Origin: Octopus bimaculoides
Lineage: Eukaryota
Assembly: GCF_001194135.2 (NCBI RefSeq)
Contig: NC_069003.1
Span: 32,943,327-33,007,326, forward strand
Direction of reading: 5' to 3'
DNA length: 64,000 bases
Both the position numbers and the translations under genes were made by a program. The notes beneath the pieces are model-generated. The model saw nothing but the letters and a program-made list of their open reading frames with translations. It searched no databases and was not told the DNA's origin. Positions 50,135 through 63,269 of this stretch are shown here, piece by piece. Each line of letters begins with the position of its first letter. Positions within the stretch are counted from its first letter, which is position 1.

Positions 50135-50879
50135 CTGTTGCAATAAACATTTTTTTAATTTTTTTATTTTAGTCAATTTAAAAAATAATAATTGAAATAA
50201 AAGTAATCAACATCAATTACAATTTTGATTTGTAAATGTTTGTGTGAGTGTGTCTGCATGCATGCAGGAAAAATTACTCAACTAATTTTGTTGTTGATAA
50301 ATATTATTATTATTATTATTATTATCATTAAGCAGTATATTAATAAAGTACAGACTTAGAAAGTATTAGATGCCACTAACTTTACAGTTGACACCTATAA
50401 ATGTTAGTGTAACCAATAATTTGTTTATGTTGACACAACAAAGACAAGAATGTTTGTAGAAGAAGATGGACAACAGAACCAGATCCTAGAACATACTTTG
50501 TAATTATTTTATCAACAACCGAAAGTAGGAATAACATAATCGGCTGCAGATGGATTTTAAACTTAGAATGTGGAAGAGATGAGATTTAATGCTAAAAGAA
50601 GGCATTTAGTCAAGTGCTCTGCTAATACACTGCTCCGATATACCCACAACTTCCAAATACCAATCAATTAATCATTCACCATTTTTAGCAATCATAAATC
50701 CTTTTGTCAAACGTCATGTGATTTTTACAAGACTGTCACTCATCACTCATGTAAACGGGATTCATAGAGTCATTTTATTAACAAAAGAAACAAACTTTAT
50801 AGTTTTCTATTTTATAAATTCATTTGATTGGCTCATTTTCTGACTTGGATGAAAATATTAAAATATTTATTCTAATAAT

Positions 50880-52010
50880 AATGATTTCTTACATAGGCAC
50901 AAGGCCACAGATTTGGTGGGACAGGTTAGTCGATTTTTATTAACCCCAGCAATTGACTGGTACTTTCTTTCCATCAGCCTCAGGAGGATGAAAGGCAAAG
51001 TTGTCCTTCATAGAATTTGAACTCGGAAAGTAAAGGGCTGAAACTAAATATGTTCTGAGCTTAAATGATAATAATAATAATAATAATAATGGTTTCACAT
51101 TTTGCCACAAGGGCAGCCATTTTGGAGGAGGGGATGAATCAGTTACATCAACCCTAGTGTTTCACTGGTACTTAATTTATCAACCCCAAAAGGATGAAAA
51201 GCAAATCTGAACACAAAACATAGCGACGGGAGAAATATCGCTAAGCATCTCGTCCAATGTGCTAATGAGTCTGCCACCTTACTACTACTACTACTATTAA
51301 TAAGAACAATAATAATAATAATAATAATGATCCTTTCAACTATAGGCACAAGACTTGAAATTTTGAAGGCAGGGGCTAATCATCACATCGACCCCAGGAC
51401 TCAACTGGTACTTATTTTATCAACACCAAAAGGATGAAGACTAAAGTTGACCTCAGCAGAATTTGAACTCAGAACATAAAGATGGACGAAATGCTACAAC
51501 ACACTTTGTCTGACACGTTAACAATTCTGCTAGCTCCCCACCTTAATAATAATAATAATCCTTTCTACTATAGACACAAGACTTGAAAATTTAGGGGAGG
51601 AGGCTAGTCGATATGATCAACCCCAGTACACAACTGGTACTTATTTTATCGACCCCAAAAAGATGAAAGGCAAAGTCAACCTTGGTGGAATTTGAACTCA
51701 GAACATAAAGACAGACAAAATGCTGCTAAAAATTTTGCCTGTTGTGCTAGCGATTCAGCCAGCTTGCTGCCTAATAATGGTAATAATAACTCTTCCTACC
51801 AATAGGCACAAGGCCTGAAATTTGGGGGAAGGGGAGAGTCAATTAGACCGACCCCAGTATTCAACTGGTACTTATTTTATCGACCCCAAAAAGATGAAAG
51901 GCAAAGTCAACCTTGGCAGAATTTGAACTCAGAACATACAGATGGACAAAATACCATTAAGCATTTCGTCTGGTGTGCTAACGATTCAGCCAGCTCTCTA
52001 CCTAATAATG
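50880..52010 (-). repeat. Cluster of five same-orientation tRNA-derived SINEs (family B) separated by (TAA)n; other family B copies at ~2350-2770, 35385-36530, 40610-41010, 45890-46320, 60310-60640
   Basis: Recurrent CTGGTACTTATTTTATCGACCCC..AAGGATGAAAGGCAAAGTCGACC...GAATTTGAACTC with A/B-box-like head. Confidence 0.85.
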
Positions 52011-52225
52011 GTAATAATAATACTGATGCTATGACAATGGCACAGCGCCACACATTTAGGTAAAGAGATGGGTGGGAATATAACTGATGTGAACCAAACA
52101 CAGTTGGCTGCGTATTGGCCTTGATTCCAATGAGACACCTTCAATGTGATGGCAGATAAAGCCTACTCTGAGCAAGGCTATGAGGAATTTATTCCATCTC
52201 TCTATCATGTCTGCTGTTGTTGTTG

Positions 52226-52257
<32 letters not shown>

Positions 52258-52537
52258 CTGAAAAATTATAAAAATAGAAAGCTGGACCAACAATCACTCT
52301 TTCGTTCAGAGAGTGAGAGCACACACATCATGGGTGTTCCAACTAAATTTGAACTGACTCAAATACATGAGTGACAATAACAATGACAAGTAAAAATAAA
52401 TTGTTGAATTGTTTTAACCCACCCCACTCCCATACCCCACCAATATTATCTGACTGCTTGATATAATAATATTGAGCTCAATATTTGATAGTTAGGAAAA
52501 AAAAAAGAACAGATTTCAATTTTTTTTTTTTTTCTTT

Positions 52538-52766
52538 TCAGTTACTACGGAAAAACCATGTTAATACTTTCCACAACATATAGCCGAGAAGTGTAGGATA
52601 AATAATTAAATCGCGTTGAGCTCGTTTCTGATTTTCCTGCTCTAACGATACGATCCGCCGTGTCAACTTGGCCAAATGAGTACGTAACAAAGTGGCTTCG
52701 TCCTCGTCATTTAGAAGCAAAGTATCACCGGGAGAGGTGCCGGGAGTATAGACTTGAGTATTCACC
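52538..52766 (-). CDS. MFF: Mitochondrial fission factor, last coding exon (coiled coil + C-terminal TM tail anchor, ...LTRRIVSLEQENQKRAQRDLIIYPTLLGYMLWKVLTWFFRSN*)
   Basis: tatttttcag| acceptor phase 2. Matches the MFF C-terminus (KLNRRLQLLEEENKERAKREMVMY...WLWFRR). Confidence 0.95.
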
Positions 52767-53240
52767 CTGAAAAATAAAAAGTTCAATTTTACTTCAGTGA
52801 CAACTGTTAACCCTTGTGTGGCAGAAATCAGATATATCCAATCAAAACTTTCACCACCTAACAGCAGAATGCAGTTTTATATTCCAATCAATCTTTTCTT
52901 AAAGGATGTCATGTTGGAAACTATTTTCTGTTTGAGATATGTCAAGTTTATTGAGGCAATATGACTTACAGAAAATACCAGTTACCTTCAGTAAAACAGC
53001 CTTGCTCAATATGGAGAAAAGAGAAAAGTATGAATTGCATGCAGTGTACTTTGTGAGGTGTAGTGGGATCACAAGTAGGTTAAGGTGCACAGGGCATGGG
53101 TTAGACAGCTTGACAGGGTCCGATGAGCACATGGTTACATTGTGCTCCTTTCGTTTGTTATAAAAAAGAATTGTGAAAAAAAAGACAAGAGGTGTCTTTA
53201 CAAAATACACAGATATGCAAGAAAAGAAAAATCAATTTAC

Positions 53241-53436
53241 CCATTTCTCACTAGAGGCATTACACTACGTTTATGGCGTTCTGGTTCTGCTGAATCTTCA
53301 ACAAAAGGAAATTGCTCCTCTAAAGTTAGTGTTCTTGGTGGAGTGATCATTCCAACATACGATGCTCCAGTCTGGGGTATGTTGTCAAAGTCAAATTGCC
53401 GCATAGTAGATTTCAGACCCACATGCTTATCTTCTC
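53241..53436 (-). CDS. MFF: Mitochondrial fission factor, coding exon 3 (EDKHVGLK...MITPPRTLTLEEQFPFVED...LVRNG)
   Basis: cttttcag| acceptor phase 1, GG|gtaaat donor phase 2. TPPRTLTL matches the MFF TPPRVLTL motif. Confidence 0.93.
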
Positions 53437-53822
53437 CTGAAAAGAAAAAAATAATGAATTTAATATATAATTCTAAGTAAGCTTAGATGCCATGTGCGTG
53501 CAATTTGGTACACATAAAGTGTGCAAACGACTATCATGATAAATATATCAGGTCATTAAGAATGAAATGTCTGATTTTCTGATGCACCATGTTTGACAGT
53601 CATTAACTCTAATGTTTTATCCTGACAATTCTTTGTTTTACAACATCGAAGAGTTACATCATCGCTTTTCGAAATGTAATTCAAGGTGGTTGATTATATC
53701 GTGAGTTTTCTCTTGTAAATCAATTTTTGTGAACCCATGGATAGATCAAAAATTCATGTTGTTTATGAATTTTTAGTTTTGTTTTAAAAAAAGTGGTGAA
53801 ATACAAAGCTGTTTATATTTAC

Positions 53823-54033
53823 CTACAAAGACAAGCCTTTCTGGAATGGTCATATTAGAAAGCACTTCTGATTTAAGAGGAGGTGACTTTGACCGAGAAT
53901 CGACAGTCCCATCATATTGAAGTCTATCTGGAATTTGCATCTGGTTGCTGATTTCAGAGATATAGTTTGGATCATAGTTACGAGGTTGTACATCACTGAA
54001 GTCAGAGGGCAAACTCTGTACAAACCCAGCCTT
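53823..54033 (-). CDS. MFF: Mitochondrial fission factor, coding exon 2 (KAGFVQSLPSD...YISEISNQMQIPDRLQY...NMTIPERLVFVG)
   Basis: tttccag| acceptor, G|gtaaat donor. Carries the two N-terminal MFF repeats (cf. ISQRMRVPEKLKV and MQVPERIVVAG). Confidence 0.93.
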
Positions 54034-55109
54034 CTGGAAACAGAAAAGAAAGCGACTCATTTTCAAGGAATATGAAATAAGTTTTAAGAAATTACTAATA
54101 CACCAATATAACGTGAACATAGATTTAATTATATATTTAGGTTTGACAGGTGGGAGCATGAAGCAGTTGGACTACAATTTGTGTTTAACCCTTTAGCATT
54201 CAGATTACTCTATCAAATGCATTGCTGATTTATTCATCTTGTTTTGAATTAATCATGCATTATCTTGTAGCTTTGAGATTTTTACAGTGTGTTTGTTTAG
54301 TTTTAGAATGACATTGTAAGGTGGGCGTAAGCGACTGAGTCTTGCCAGTTTGAACATAAAACAGTAAGAATATTTGTGCTGGATATGGCTGGTTCAAACA
54401 CTAATGGGTTAAAGCTTTTAGCATTCAGATAACACTTTATTAATTGCTGGTAAGAACACTGTATTTCGTTATATGACCATAATATTCTACCAAGTATATT
54501 AAAGGCTTTTTAAGTCAATACTATATCCTACCTGTGTTAGCAGTGCAATCCAATCACTTTTTAAAATTATTTCTACAGATTTTCAGTAGAAACTAGAGCC
54601 AGCACTGAAAGTTATGGTTTCATATATGAATACACCTATACAAATAATGCTGTTGAAGATAGAAAAAGTAGGGAATGGGTGTATATGTATATTTCAAGAG
54701 TTCTTGCTTGCTCTTCAGAACCACATCCAACCCATTAATCATTTACAAACACATTGCTACCATGTAGGACATAGTATTTACTTATAAAGCCTTTAATATA
54801 CTTGACAGTATAAGGAGGGAAGCTGGCAGAAACATTAGCATGCCGGGTTTTATCTACAATACTAAATTGAAACCAATATTTTACTAAAAAAAAAGCAGGA
54901 TGATAGTGCAATTACTTCAATGACAGTTTAAGTGTTTAAACCAAACAACGACCCAAATTCGTGTAGCACCAACACCCATGAGTTTGATGCTAGCAGCTGC
55001 ATGAATAGAACCAACATTGCTGCATACTGTAATGTCTGCTGTGATAGGGTAAAAAAGGTAAAGTTACCTTTTCAAGTCATACTGACTCATAAGGATCAGT
55101 CTTCCAGTT

Positions 55110-55565
55110 TCATCCCCACCTGGATGGGACCCCAGTCTGTGTCACAGGATTACTCATTTTTGCCAGCTGAGTGGATTGAAGCAACGTGAAATGAAGTGTT
55201 TTACCCAAGAACACAACATGTCACCCGGTCCATGAATTGAAACCAGTCTTATGACAATGAGTCCAACACCCTAACCACTAAGCCACGTGTCTCCGCTGTA
55301 TGTGTCACTATATCAACCAAACATTATCAGATATTGTTATACACCACTGCTCACAATGCACTTCCTCGCTGGTTTCCCAGTAAATTCCCCACCTGGACAG
55401 GATGCCAGTCTATTGCAGGATTACTCATTTTTGCCAGCTGAGTGGACTGGAGCAACATGAAATGAAGTGTCTTGCTCAAGAACATAACACGTCGCCCGGT
55501 CCACGAACTGAAACCACAGTCTTATGGCAACGAGTCCGACAACCTAACCACTAAGCCACGTACCT
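55110..55565 (-). mobile_element. Two tandem tRNA-derived SINEs with CORE-like central domain (family D)
   Basis: Minus strand reads GGCTTAGTGGTTAG(A box)...TGTTCTTGAGCAAGACACTT...CCACTCAGCTGGCAAAAATGAGTA. Confidence 0.75.
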
Positions 55566-56676
55566 CCACTTTTCACTGTGATAGCAACTAGCAGTATGTT
55601 TTATGTTTTGGGGGGTTTTTTGAGGATCCATTAGAAAAGAAGTTATCTAACAAGACTCAGCTGTACGTCAGTCCTTTCAGTGAGTCTAAGCTTTTAAATG
55701 GTTTACCTTCATTATATCGTAAAGAGCCACAACTCAGCTAAGTGGGAATCGGAAAGAGCTCTCTTCACTCGATATCGGTTATATTTTTGAAATATTTATT
55801 GGTCCTAGACTGACTGAGTTCACTCCAATGTAAGGGGTTACATCACACCTAAATGAAAATCAGAGAGATAAAATTATCAGTGGACATCAGCGGAAGAGAG
55901 GAATACAGAGGAGAAAGGAGAGCAGAGGTGAAAACATTTCCTTTGTGTAGGACATGCAGTCAGAAATTTGTGTTCCGAAAGACTGCCAAGATATTAGTCA
56001 ATGAGCAAAACATTTTTATCCCACTGCATTTTTCTTCCAGGCTCCATGCATTAAACATGCTAACATTAATTTAATTATAGCTTTTTTCATGCAGATTTCG
56101 TCGTCATCATCGTTTAATGTCCGCTTTCCATGCTAGCAAGGGTTGGGTGATTTGACTGAGGACTGGTGAAACCAGATGGCTACACCAGGCTCCAATCTGA
56201 TTTGGCAGAGTTTCTACAGCTGGATGTGTGTGGTCCACACATCCCATGTTACGTCAGAAGTGGAATTTGTTACACAAAGGTTTGGTAGACAGAAACTGAA
56301 AGAAGTCTGTCACAAGTACTTGCATGCGTGTGTTACTGTCTCATCTTAACATCTCGTGACTGTTGTAAACGAGAGTCACCATCATACAAGAGGTGTCCTT
56401 TGTTTCCAAGTTTCTCTGAAAACACGTCAAGTCTGGAAGCAAGAAAGGATTGACAACAGCAAGGGCATATGGCCATAGAAAATCTTCCTGAACAAATTTC
56501 GTCTGGCCCATGCAAGCATGAAAAAGTGAAGGTGAAAATAATGATGATGAAGATGACATTATCTCAAGATACATCAGTTAAGGATATCACCTTCACCTTT
56601 GTCATTCAGCATCAGTGACAAAAGTAAAAAGTGATGCCGTAAACTGAATTACTGGACATATAATTTTTGTGTAGAG

Positions 56677-56964
56677 CAGTGGTTCCTAAAATGGGCAGTA
56701 CTGCCGAACCCCCGGATGTTGTGGAAAGCTCCAGGTGGGCATCGAAGAAAAGTGGGGAGATAATGGGGTGGCCAGAAAAGGGGGACAAATGGATGTAAAA
56801 ACAATAAAATAATGGGTTAATTGGGTTAAGCTTTATTTGTGAAATACAGTTGTTTTGAATTTTTTGCAGAAAGTGATCTACGTTTATGGTGGTGGTGGGG
56901 AGACGCTAGGAACGTGGGCTGGGTGCCAAGGGGGCAGCAGCCCGAAAAAGTTTGGGAACCACTG
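56677..56964. mobile_element. hAT (Charlie-like) MITE in MFF intron 1
   Basis: TIRs CAGTGGTTCCTAAA / TTTGGGAACCACTG. TSD GTGTAGAG / GTGAAGAG (7/8). Confidence 0.85.
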
Positions 56965-58899
56965 GTGAAGAGAATACCTACACAAGTACACTCGTCCGAC
57001 TTTGTTTCCAAATAACTTTCAGAAAAATGAACATTTTTTTAAATGAAGTTTTCGGCAAATACCTTTCGGATGATGTAGATCTTGATTATATCGGAATTTG
57101 TTGCGAAAACATTTTTTTCAGAAGGGAAGGGGTACACATGTGTAGATATACCATTATTACGATAGTAGAATGTGGTGGTATCAGGTTGAAGTGGCTCGCG
57201 TACAGAAAACACGTTCATATAGTGGCCGCTGTGTGTGGTACACACATTCCATGTTACGTCAGAAGTGGAATTGTTGCCCAAAGGATGCTTGTTAACACTT
57301 CTGAGTAGTAATTATGCAAATAACGATGTCTTGCCAGGCTCAGAACTGATTCAAATCCCACAAATATTGAATGAGCTAAAACTCAAAATCTTACTCAATT
57401 TTTGGATGCACTTCGCAAGGTGTTACGCCTAGCATAACTTAATTTCTTGCGGCAATGTCACTGGGAGATAACCGCGAAAATTAAGCATGCCCGGGTTAAT
57501 TTTACCACCTGGAAAGATAGCGACAACTAACTACGCAAGGAGCTTCTGCGTGGTCATTTAATATACCAGATATAACAGCTATATCTGCCCCTAAATTGCA
57601 TCCTGTGGTCTTAAGAAAGAAAGGTCACAGAAGAAAGTGCAGTCCGGAGTACGTTATGCTTGAATCTTGAAAAAGCTGTCTTTGATTATAAGTCTACTGG
57701 ATCAAGGACTAGAAATAACAGCCAAATCTCCCCTTAAATCGCACCCTATGGTCTTAAGAAAGGAAGATTACACAAGAAAGTGTAGTCCAAAGTACGTTAT
57801 GTCTGATAACAAAAATAGTTTCGATTACAGGTCTACTGGATCCGGGACGACCTGGGGTTAAACAACAAGAATAAACAGCGGTTAACATCAGACTATCGTT
57901 GCATTTTATGTTAGGTTAGGTAGCGGCAACATCGGCCTGTTGGTTAAAAGTACAATCTGCAATGCGTCCAAATATCTAAAAACAAATGGGAAAACTGTGA
58001 AGCCTAGTGTAATTGATACATTCGGCGGGCTTCTGCACAGTTTCCAGCTACCAAACGCCAAATTCCATTAAGTGCTCTCAGCTTTCTGCAGAGTGAAATG
58101 AGAAGAAACAGATGTCCAAGAAGTGTTTGAAAGAACCATTGTTTGATTTTATATATTATTCCGTATTTAGCAAAACACTAACATTATCTATCTAGCTACA
58201 TATATATATATATATATANNNNNNNNNNNNNNNNNNNNNNNNNNNNNNNNNNNNNNNNNNNNNNNNNNNNNNNNNNNNNNNNNNNNNNNNNNNNNNNNNN
58301 NNNNNNNNNNNNNNNNNNNNNNNNNNNNNNNNNNATATATATAATGAAATATATATTGAATGAAGAATATATCCGAAGCTTTTCCCGAGACAGTGTTTTG
58401 TTGAGGTGTCCGAAAATGAAGAATTTGCAGATACTTAAACGCCGATTATGTAATTTTAAATAATTTTTATAGTTTATTACTGTCACGAGTGCAATCAATA
58501 AATCCACCAATGTACCAAAATAGAATGTAGAGTTTAGTTATCCTACGTGTGTAATAAATATGTGTAAAATAAATGCAATTAATGATAAATTAGTGTTTAG
58601 TACCAAGGTTTCGTTTTCTCTGACCTGTCTATGATTGGAAAAAAAAAACACATTGCAGTCGATACGATACTGTCATTGAGGTACGTCTATGAGTACAATT
58701 GCATGTCCTTCCTTTATTTAAAAAGCAGGGAGGGGTGCGATCTCAGGGAAAATTTGGTTTCTATTTCTAGCATGCATGTATGTATGTATGTGTGTGTGTG
58801 TATATATAAATATACATGTGTACGTGTGTGTGTGTATATATAAATATACATGTGTACGTGTGTGTGTATATATATATAAATATACATGTGTACGTGTGC

Positions 58900-58938
<39 letters not shown>

Positions 58939-58941
58939 GTA

Positions 58942-58991
<50 letters not shown>

Positions 58992-59422
58992 TACATGTGT
59001 ACGTGTGTGTGTGTGTGCGTGTATATATATTATATATATATATAAATATAAAACAGCGTAAATAACAAGTTCATTATCATAACAGGCTAAACAAAGTGTA
59101 ATATTTTCATGCAGTATAATTCTTATAATCATTTCAAACCATGACATTGTGTTCGAATGTCAATCGTAAGTCAAAAAGGTCTTTTTTTGTTTTCGATAAT
59201 GGAAACCACCTTCTTTGAAAAGAGTCGGACGGAAGCATCATTATTATTACATCGGGGAAGAAATTCGGTCAGAGGAATTTCTCATTTAGAAATCATTATT
59301 ATACAACCTGAACACTGGCAAAACCCATAATAATGATACAAATATACAAATATATATATATATAAACAAACAAAGTGGTAATTAATGAGTGAAATAAGAA
59401 AGCATTTATTGATTCCACTCAC

Positions 59423-59464
59423 CTCGGTTGAAGGCTCGACGTCCAAGGCTGAGGTTTCCGACAT
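59423..59464 (-). CDS. MFF: Mitochondrial fission factor, coding exon 1 (MSETSALDVEPSTE)
   Basis: ATG at 59464, donor GAG|gtgagt, phase 0 compatible with the next exon. Assigned by phase and position rather than homology. Confidence 0.75.
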
Positions 59465-59673
59465 AATTCGATCTCTTCAGTGATCTATGATTAACATAAC
59501 ACAAACCAGGATCTAATGTATTGATATGGTTACTCAATAATCTAGTTCAAAATCATAAATTAAGCTTTCTTTTTCGGACTTGAACCTTCAGAAATATATC
59601 TCCTTTATCAATAGCATTATTTTTATGCAAAATCACTTCCACAATGTTCGGCTAAACATAAACACATAATTTG

Positions 59674-59683
59674 ATGACGTCAT
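59674..59683. promoter_or_regulatory. Full palindromic CRE (ATGACGTCAT) ~210 nt upstream of the MFF ATG
   Basis: Motif seen directly; function inferred only. Confidence 0.35.
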
Positions 59684-59854
59684 TAATTTGTGTGTTTTGA
59701 TTTTTTTTTTTTAATTTTCATATGCGAAATGTAACTCAACTAATTGATTAAAGTAACTTGTTAATTAGTACCAAATTGGCTTTGATCGATCGAATAAACC
59801 TTTAATCAAATTGTTTCAATTACAATCTCTCTTTTGGCGTATCTTCTCATGCGT

Positions 59855-60230
59855 GATCCCCCACTTCTGACTTTGTTTCCTCATAACTTTCAGAAAAATG
59901 GGTATTTTTTAAAGGAATTTTCTACAAATACCTTTCAAATGGTATATATAATAATTATTTCGGAATTTAATGTCAAAAGAAAGATTGGTGGGCGCACGCA
60001 CACATACATACTGACGCATGTCGCATATTATATCTGCAAAATGAAACTTGAAATGTTAAGAAATTATGTGATGTTTATGAACATGTACGTGTACGCGTCC
60101 ACCTTTTTTATTTTAATTATTATTCACATTGAATTCTGACATAATCGTAATCTACACCACCTAAAAGGTATTTGTTATTTAATTTAATCGAAAGATCTTT
60201 TCTCTGGAAATTTGAGGAAACGAAGTCGAC
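59855..60230. mobile_element. Foldback MITE with ~150-bp imperfect TIRs upstream of MFF; sister copy at ~38720-39095
   Basis: Arms ...CTACAAATACCTTT...TGGTGGGCGC / GCGTCCACC...AAAGGTATTTG are mutually complementary and shared between the two copies. Confidence 0.7.
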
Positions 60231-61499
60231 TGCTGAATTATTGAAAACTCTTCCCAAATTCCGAAATTTGTCTCCACTACAAATTCTGATATAATTGGAA
60301 TCTAAGGACAGACAAAGGGATTAAGTCGATTACATTGACCCCCAATGCGTAACTGGTACTTAATTTATCGACCCTGAAAGGATGAAAGGCAAAGTCGACC
60401 TCGGCGGAATTTGAACTCAGAACGTAACGGCAGACGAAACACCGCTAAGCATTTCGCCCGGCGTGCTAACGTTTCTGCCAGCTCGCCGCCTTTGAGCAAA
60501 AATATTATTATTGTAATGTACCTCTTGTTCTGGTCTGACGTTCTGAGTTCGAACGCTACCGAGGTCAACTTTACCTTACATCATTTTGGGGTCAATATAA
60601 TATGTACCGGTTCAGCAATGGGATCAATGTCATCGACTTCCGGTAATCTTCAAGTTTAGGGGGATAAAAAAAAAAAAAAAATATTCAAGGGAAATAACTG
60701 AACGACTTACCAGTATTATCCGTTTTCTTCTAGCTGTTTATAAATAAATCACACCCTAACCCTAATCCTAACCCTGACCCTTACCCTAACATCAATCAAA
60801 TCACGTGTGTGATTTATTTATAAACAGAGATGTACGGAGAATACTGGTAAGACGTTCAGTTACTTCCCTTGAATATTTTTATTTATTTTTTTATGCCCCT
60901 AAACTTGAAGATTACCTCGACTTCCTTATTCCCTCAAAAATTTCTGGCCTTGTGCCAAAAATTAGAAAGAATTATTCTAAGTTCCTAATTATTATGGCTT
61001 TCTACTGTTAAAATAAAAGAATGCTGGATGTAAGGGAGATAATTCCAACCACTACTCGCCAAAAATATTTTGATCCTTTACTATAGTTAATTAAAAGAGA
61101 TTTACTATATAAAAAAAAATTGGGTAATTTTCTTCTTATCTGGCTCAAAGACAAGCTTTGGGCGACAAAATTGACCTAAGTATATTTGCTTTTCAATCTT
61201 GAAATGATGAAAGGCAAAATTGCACTATGTTTTTTAGGGAAGTAGCCCAAATGACTGTGTAGGAAATGCACCTTTACACTCATGTTGCAACCCAACGAAC
61301 GCCGTTAGAGTTGTTCTACATTATTGTAATCTTAATATATTATTAGTATACATCTAATGAGCTGATCAGCCAGCTTTTGTCATTCCAGATCGTGGGAGAC
61401 AACAATAGCAGTACTTTGAATCCATGCTGCTAAACATTTCTTGTCACAGTTGACTAGTTTGGTTTCAGAATGCAGTCACGATGTGATGACAATATGGAA

Positions 61500-61830
61500 G
61501 CCCATTATGGAAAAAAAGTTTTGTGTTAAACTGGGCGAAAATGCCACAGAAACTTATGAAATGCTCCAGACTGCTTATGGATTAACTGAGCATCTGCTCT
61601 ACACTGGTACAAGAAACCAGGCTATGGAAGTTCACTGGGAAGTTAACGATGATTCCCTTTTTCAACAGCCAAAGAATCATCTACATCCACTGGGTTCCCT
61701 CAGGCCTGACAGTCAACAAAGAGTACTTTGTGGAGGTCTTGAAGGAGTTCAGGAAGAAATTTCTTCCCAAAAGGCCCAAGCACCTGAACCAGTCCACAAT
61801 TCCATCCTCGTAACCAACTACTTGACAGAA
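61500..61830 (+). mobile_element. Mariner transposase pseudogene (internally deleted)
   Basis: KFCVKLGENATETYEMLQTAYG (HTH) and, after frameshifts, HWVPSGLTVNKEYFVEVLKEFRKK...PVHNSILVTNYLTE. Confidence 0.85.
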
Positions 61831-62759
61831 ACCGCTGCAGTGTGATGTAGAAGAGGAAGTCTTTGGTAAATTGGATGCTAATGGAAACTGAAGACTGACG
61901 AAAAGAGAGAGAGGGAGGGAGGAAGGGAGAGAGAGAGAGAGGTTATATAAGATAAATAGAAACATTATTTCTAAATCTCTCAAAGAGAGATATTCAGTAA
62001 CAGTTCTTTAAAGTAAAGACTATTTGCCAACATAAACTGGCTGTCCTGGAAGGGACGATTGTTACTGTTATTTAGCCTCAGGAAACATCGCTTCCAGTTG
62101 GCTATATGACACAATATCTGTGTCTTTATATTTTTGAATGGGGGTGCTGGACTCCCTATAGCCAGCTGGTAACGATGTTTCCTGGGGCTAGACAAACAAT
62201 AACAATTGTCTCTTTATGTGATATAAAATGCTGAAGGAGAAAGTTGTTCATGACCATCTCTATTGTATTAATAGGATGTTATAAGTGAAGGTGATAGAGG
62301 TTTGGTAGTAGGAAGGATCAGGGATTTGGGGATGGGAGGTCCTGTACAATGTCTCGATAGACTGGGACAGATAGGAACACGGAAAAGTTTAATGAGTAAG
62401 AGAACTTCTATCCATTAACAATTAAAATAAAAGAAATTTATAAATACCATTCTAGTCAGCAAACAAGAAGAAAAGTTAAAATAATGTAAAGAAAATAAAC
62501 AAACGTCCATATAATCAACAATTTAATTGTTTTTCTTTATTTAAGAAGACTTGATGTTAATATTAAAATAGTTATTGTTGCTGTTAGAATCAACAGAACA
62601 GCTAACAAAATAGTTTTACAGTATTTAATTCAATTATTCTCTTTCCAATTTAAATCCAGCCAAATGTGTTTTTGTCGTCCAGTTTTTTGGATTATTACAA
62701 TATGTATCAGCAAAATATTTGGGTTAATTTACACAACCTTCTAGTTAAGAATACCTATA

Positions 62760-62810
<51 letters not shown>

Positions 62811-62876
62811 TCTATTAGTATTAGTATTGTTATGTTGACATTCACAAGTGAATTTTTTCCAACTTCATTTTCTTGT

Positions 62877-62933
62877 TCATCTTGATTGCTTTTTGAATTT
62901 TGTTATCATTGAAGTTCCATCACAAGTTATTTT
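62877..62933 (-). CDS. FABP/iLBP family, last exon (KITCDGTSMITKFKKQSR*)
   Basis: Strong polypyrimidine acceptor ttttcttttatttacag|. Short terminal exon aligns ungapped with FABP exon 4 (TLTHGTAVCTRTYEKEA). Minus-strand AATAAA at 62536-62541. Confidence 0.78.
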   Translation of the reverse strand, partial: KITCDGTSMITKFKKQSR

Positions 62934-63269
62934 CTGTAAATAAAAGAAAATTAAAATTGGAATACATCTATTTTCTGTTACATATTTCATATACAAAATT
63001 GTACGCGTGCGCACTCACGCACAAATATATGCTTTTTTTTTTACATAAAAACACTATTATCATTGTAGGGTAGGTGTGAGAGGATGGATACAGCCAGTTT
63101 GAACATAAAACAAATAGAATATTTGGGCTGGATATGACTGGTTTAAATGCTAAAGAGTTACAAAGAAAATATTGGGGTTGATTCATTCAAATGAAACCTT
63201 CCCAGATATAGACCCAGCATGGCCACACTCCAATGAAACAAATAATAGAGAAGAGGTAAAAATACTCAC

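Noticed and set aside
51330-52010. Regularly spaced ~230-bp repeats superficially like a CRISPR array
   Set aside because: The units are whole SINE copies with no unique spacers, the context is eukaryotic, and there are no cas genes.
59440-59482. CTGAAGA...GAAAC around the MFF start codon resembling a hammerhead core
   Set aside because: Stem II lacks the closing pair next to the core and stem I does not form. It overlaps coding sequence and is probably chance.
61441-61845. 134-aa ORF as a functional or domesticated transposase
   Set aside because: Mariner motifs are split across frames with large deletions and the catalytic triad is incomplete.
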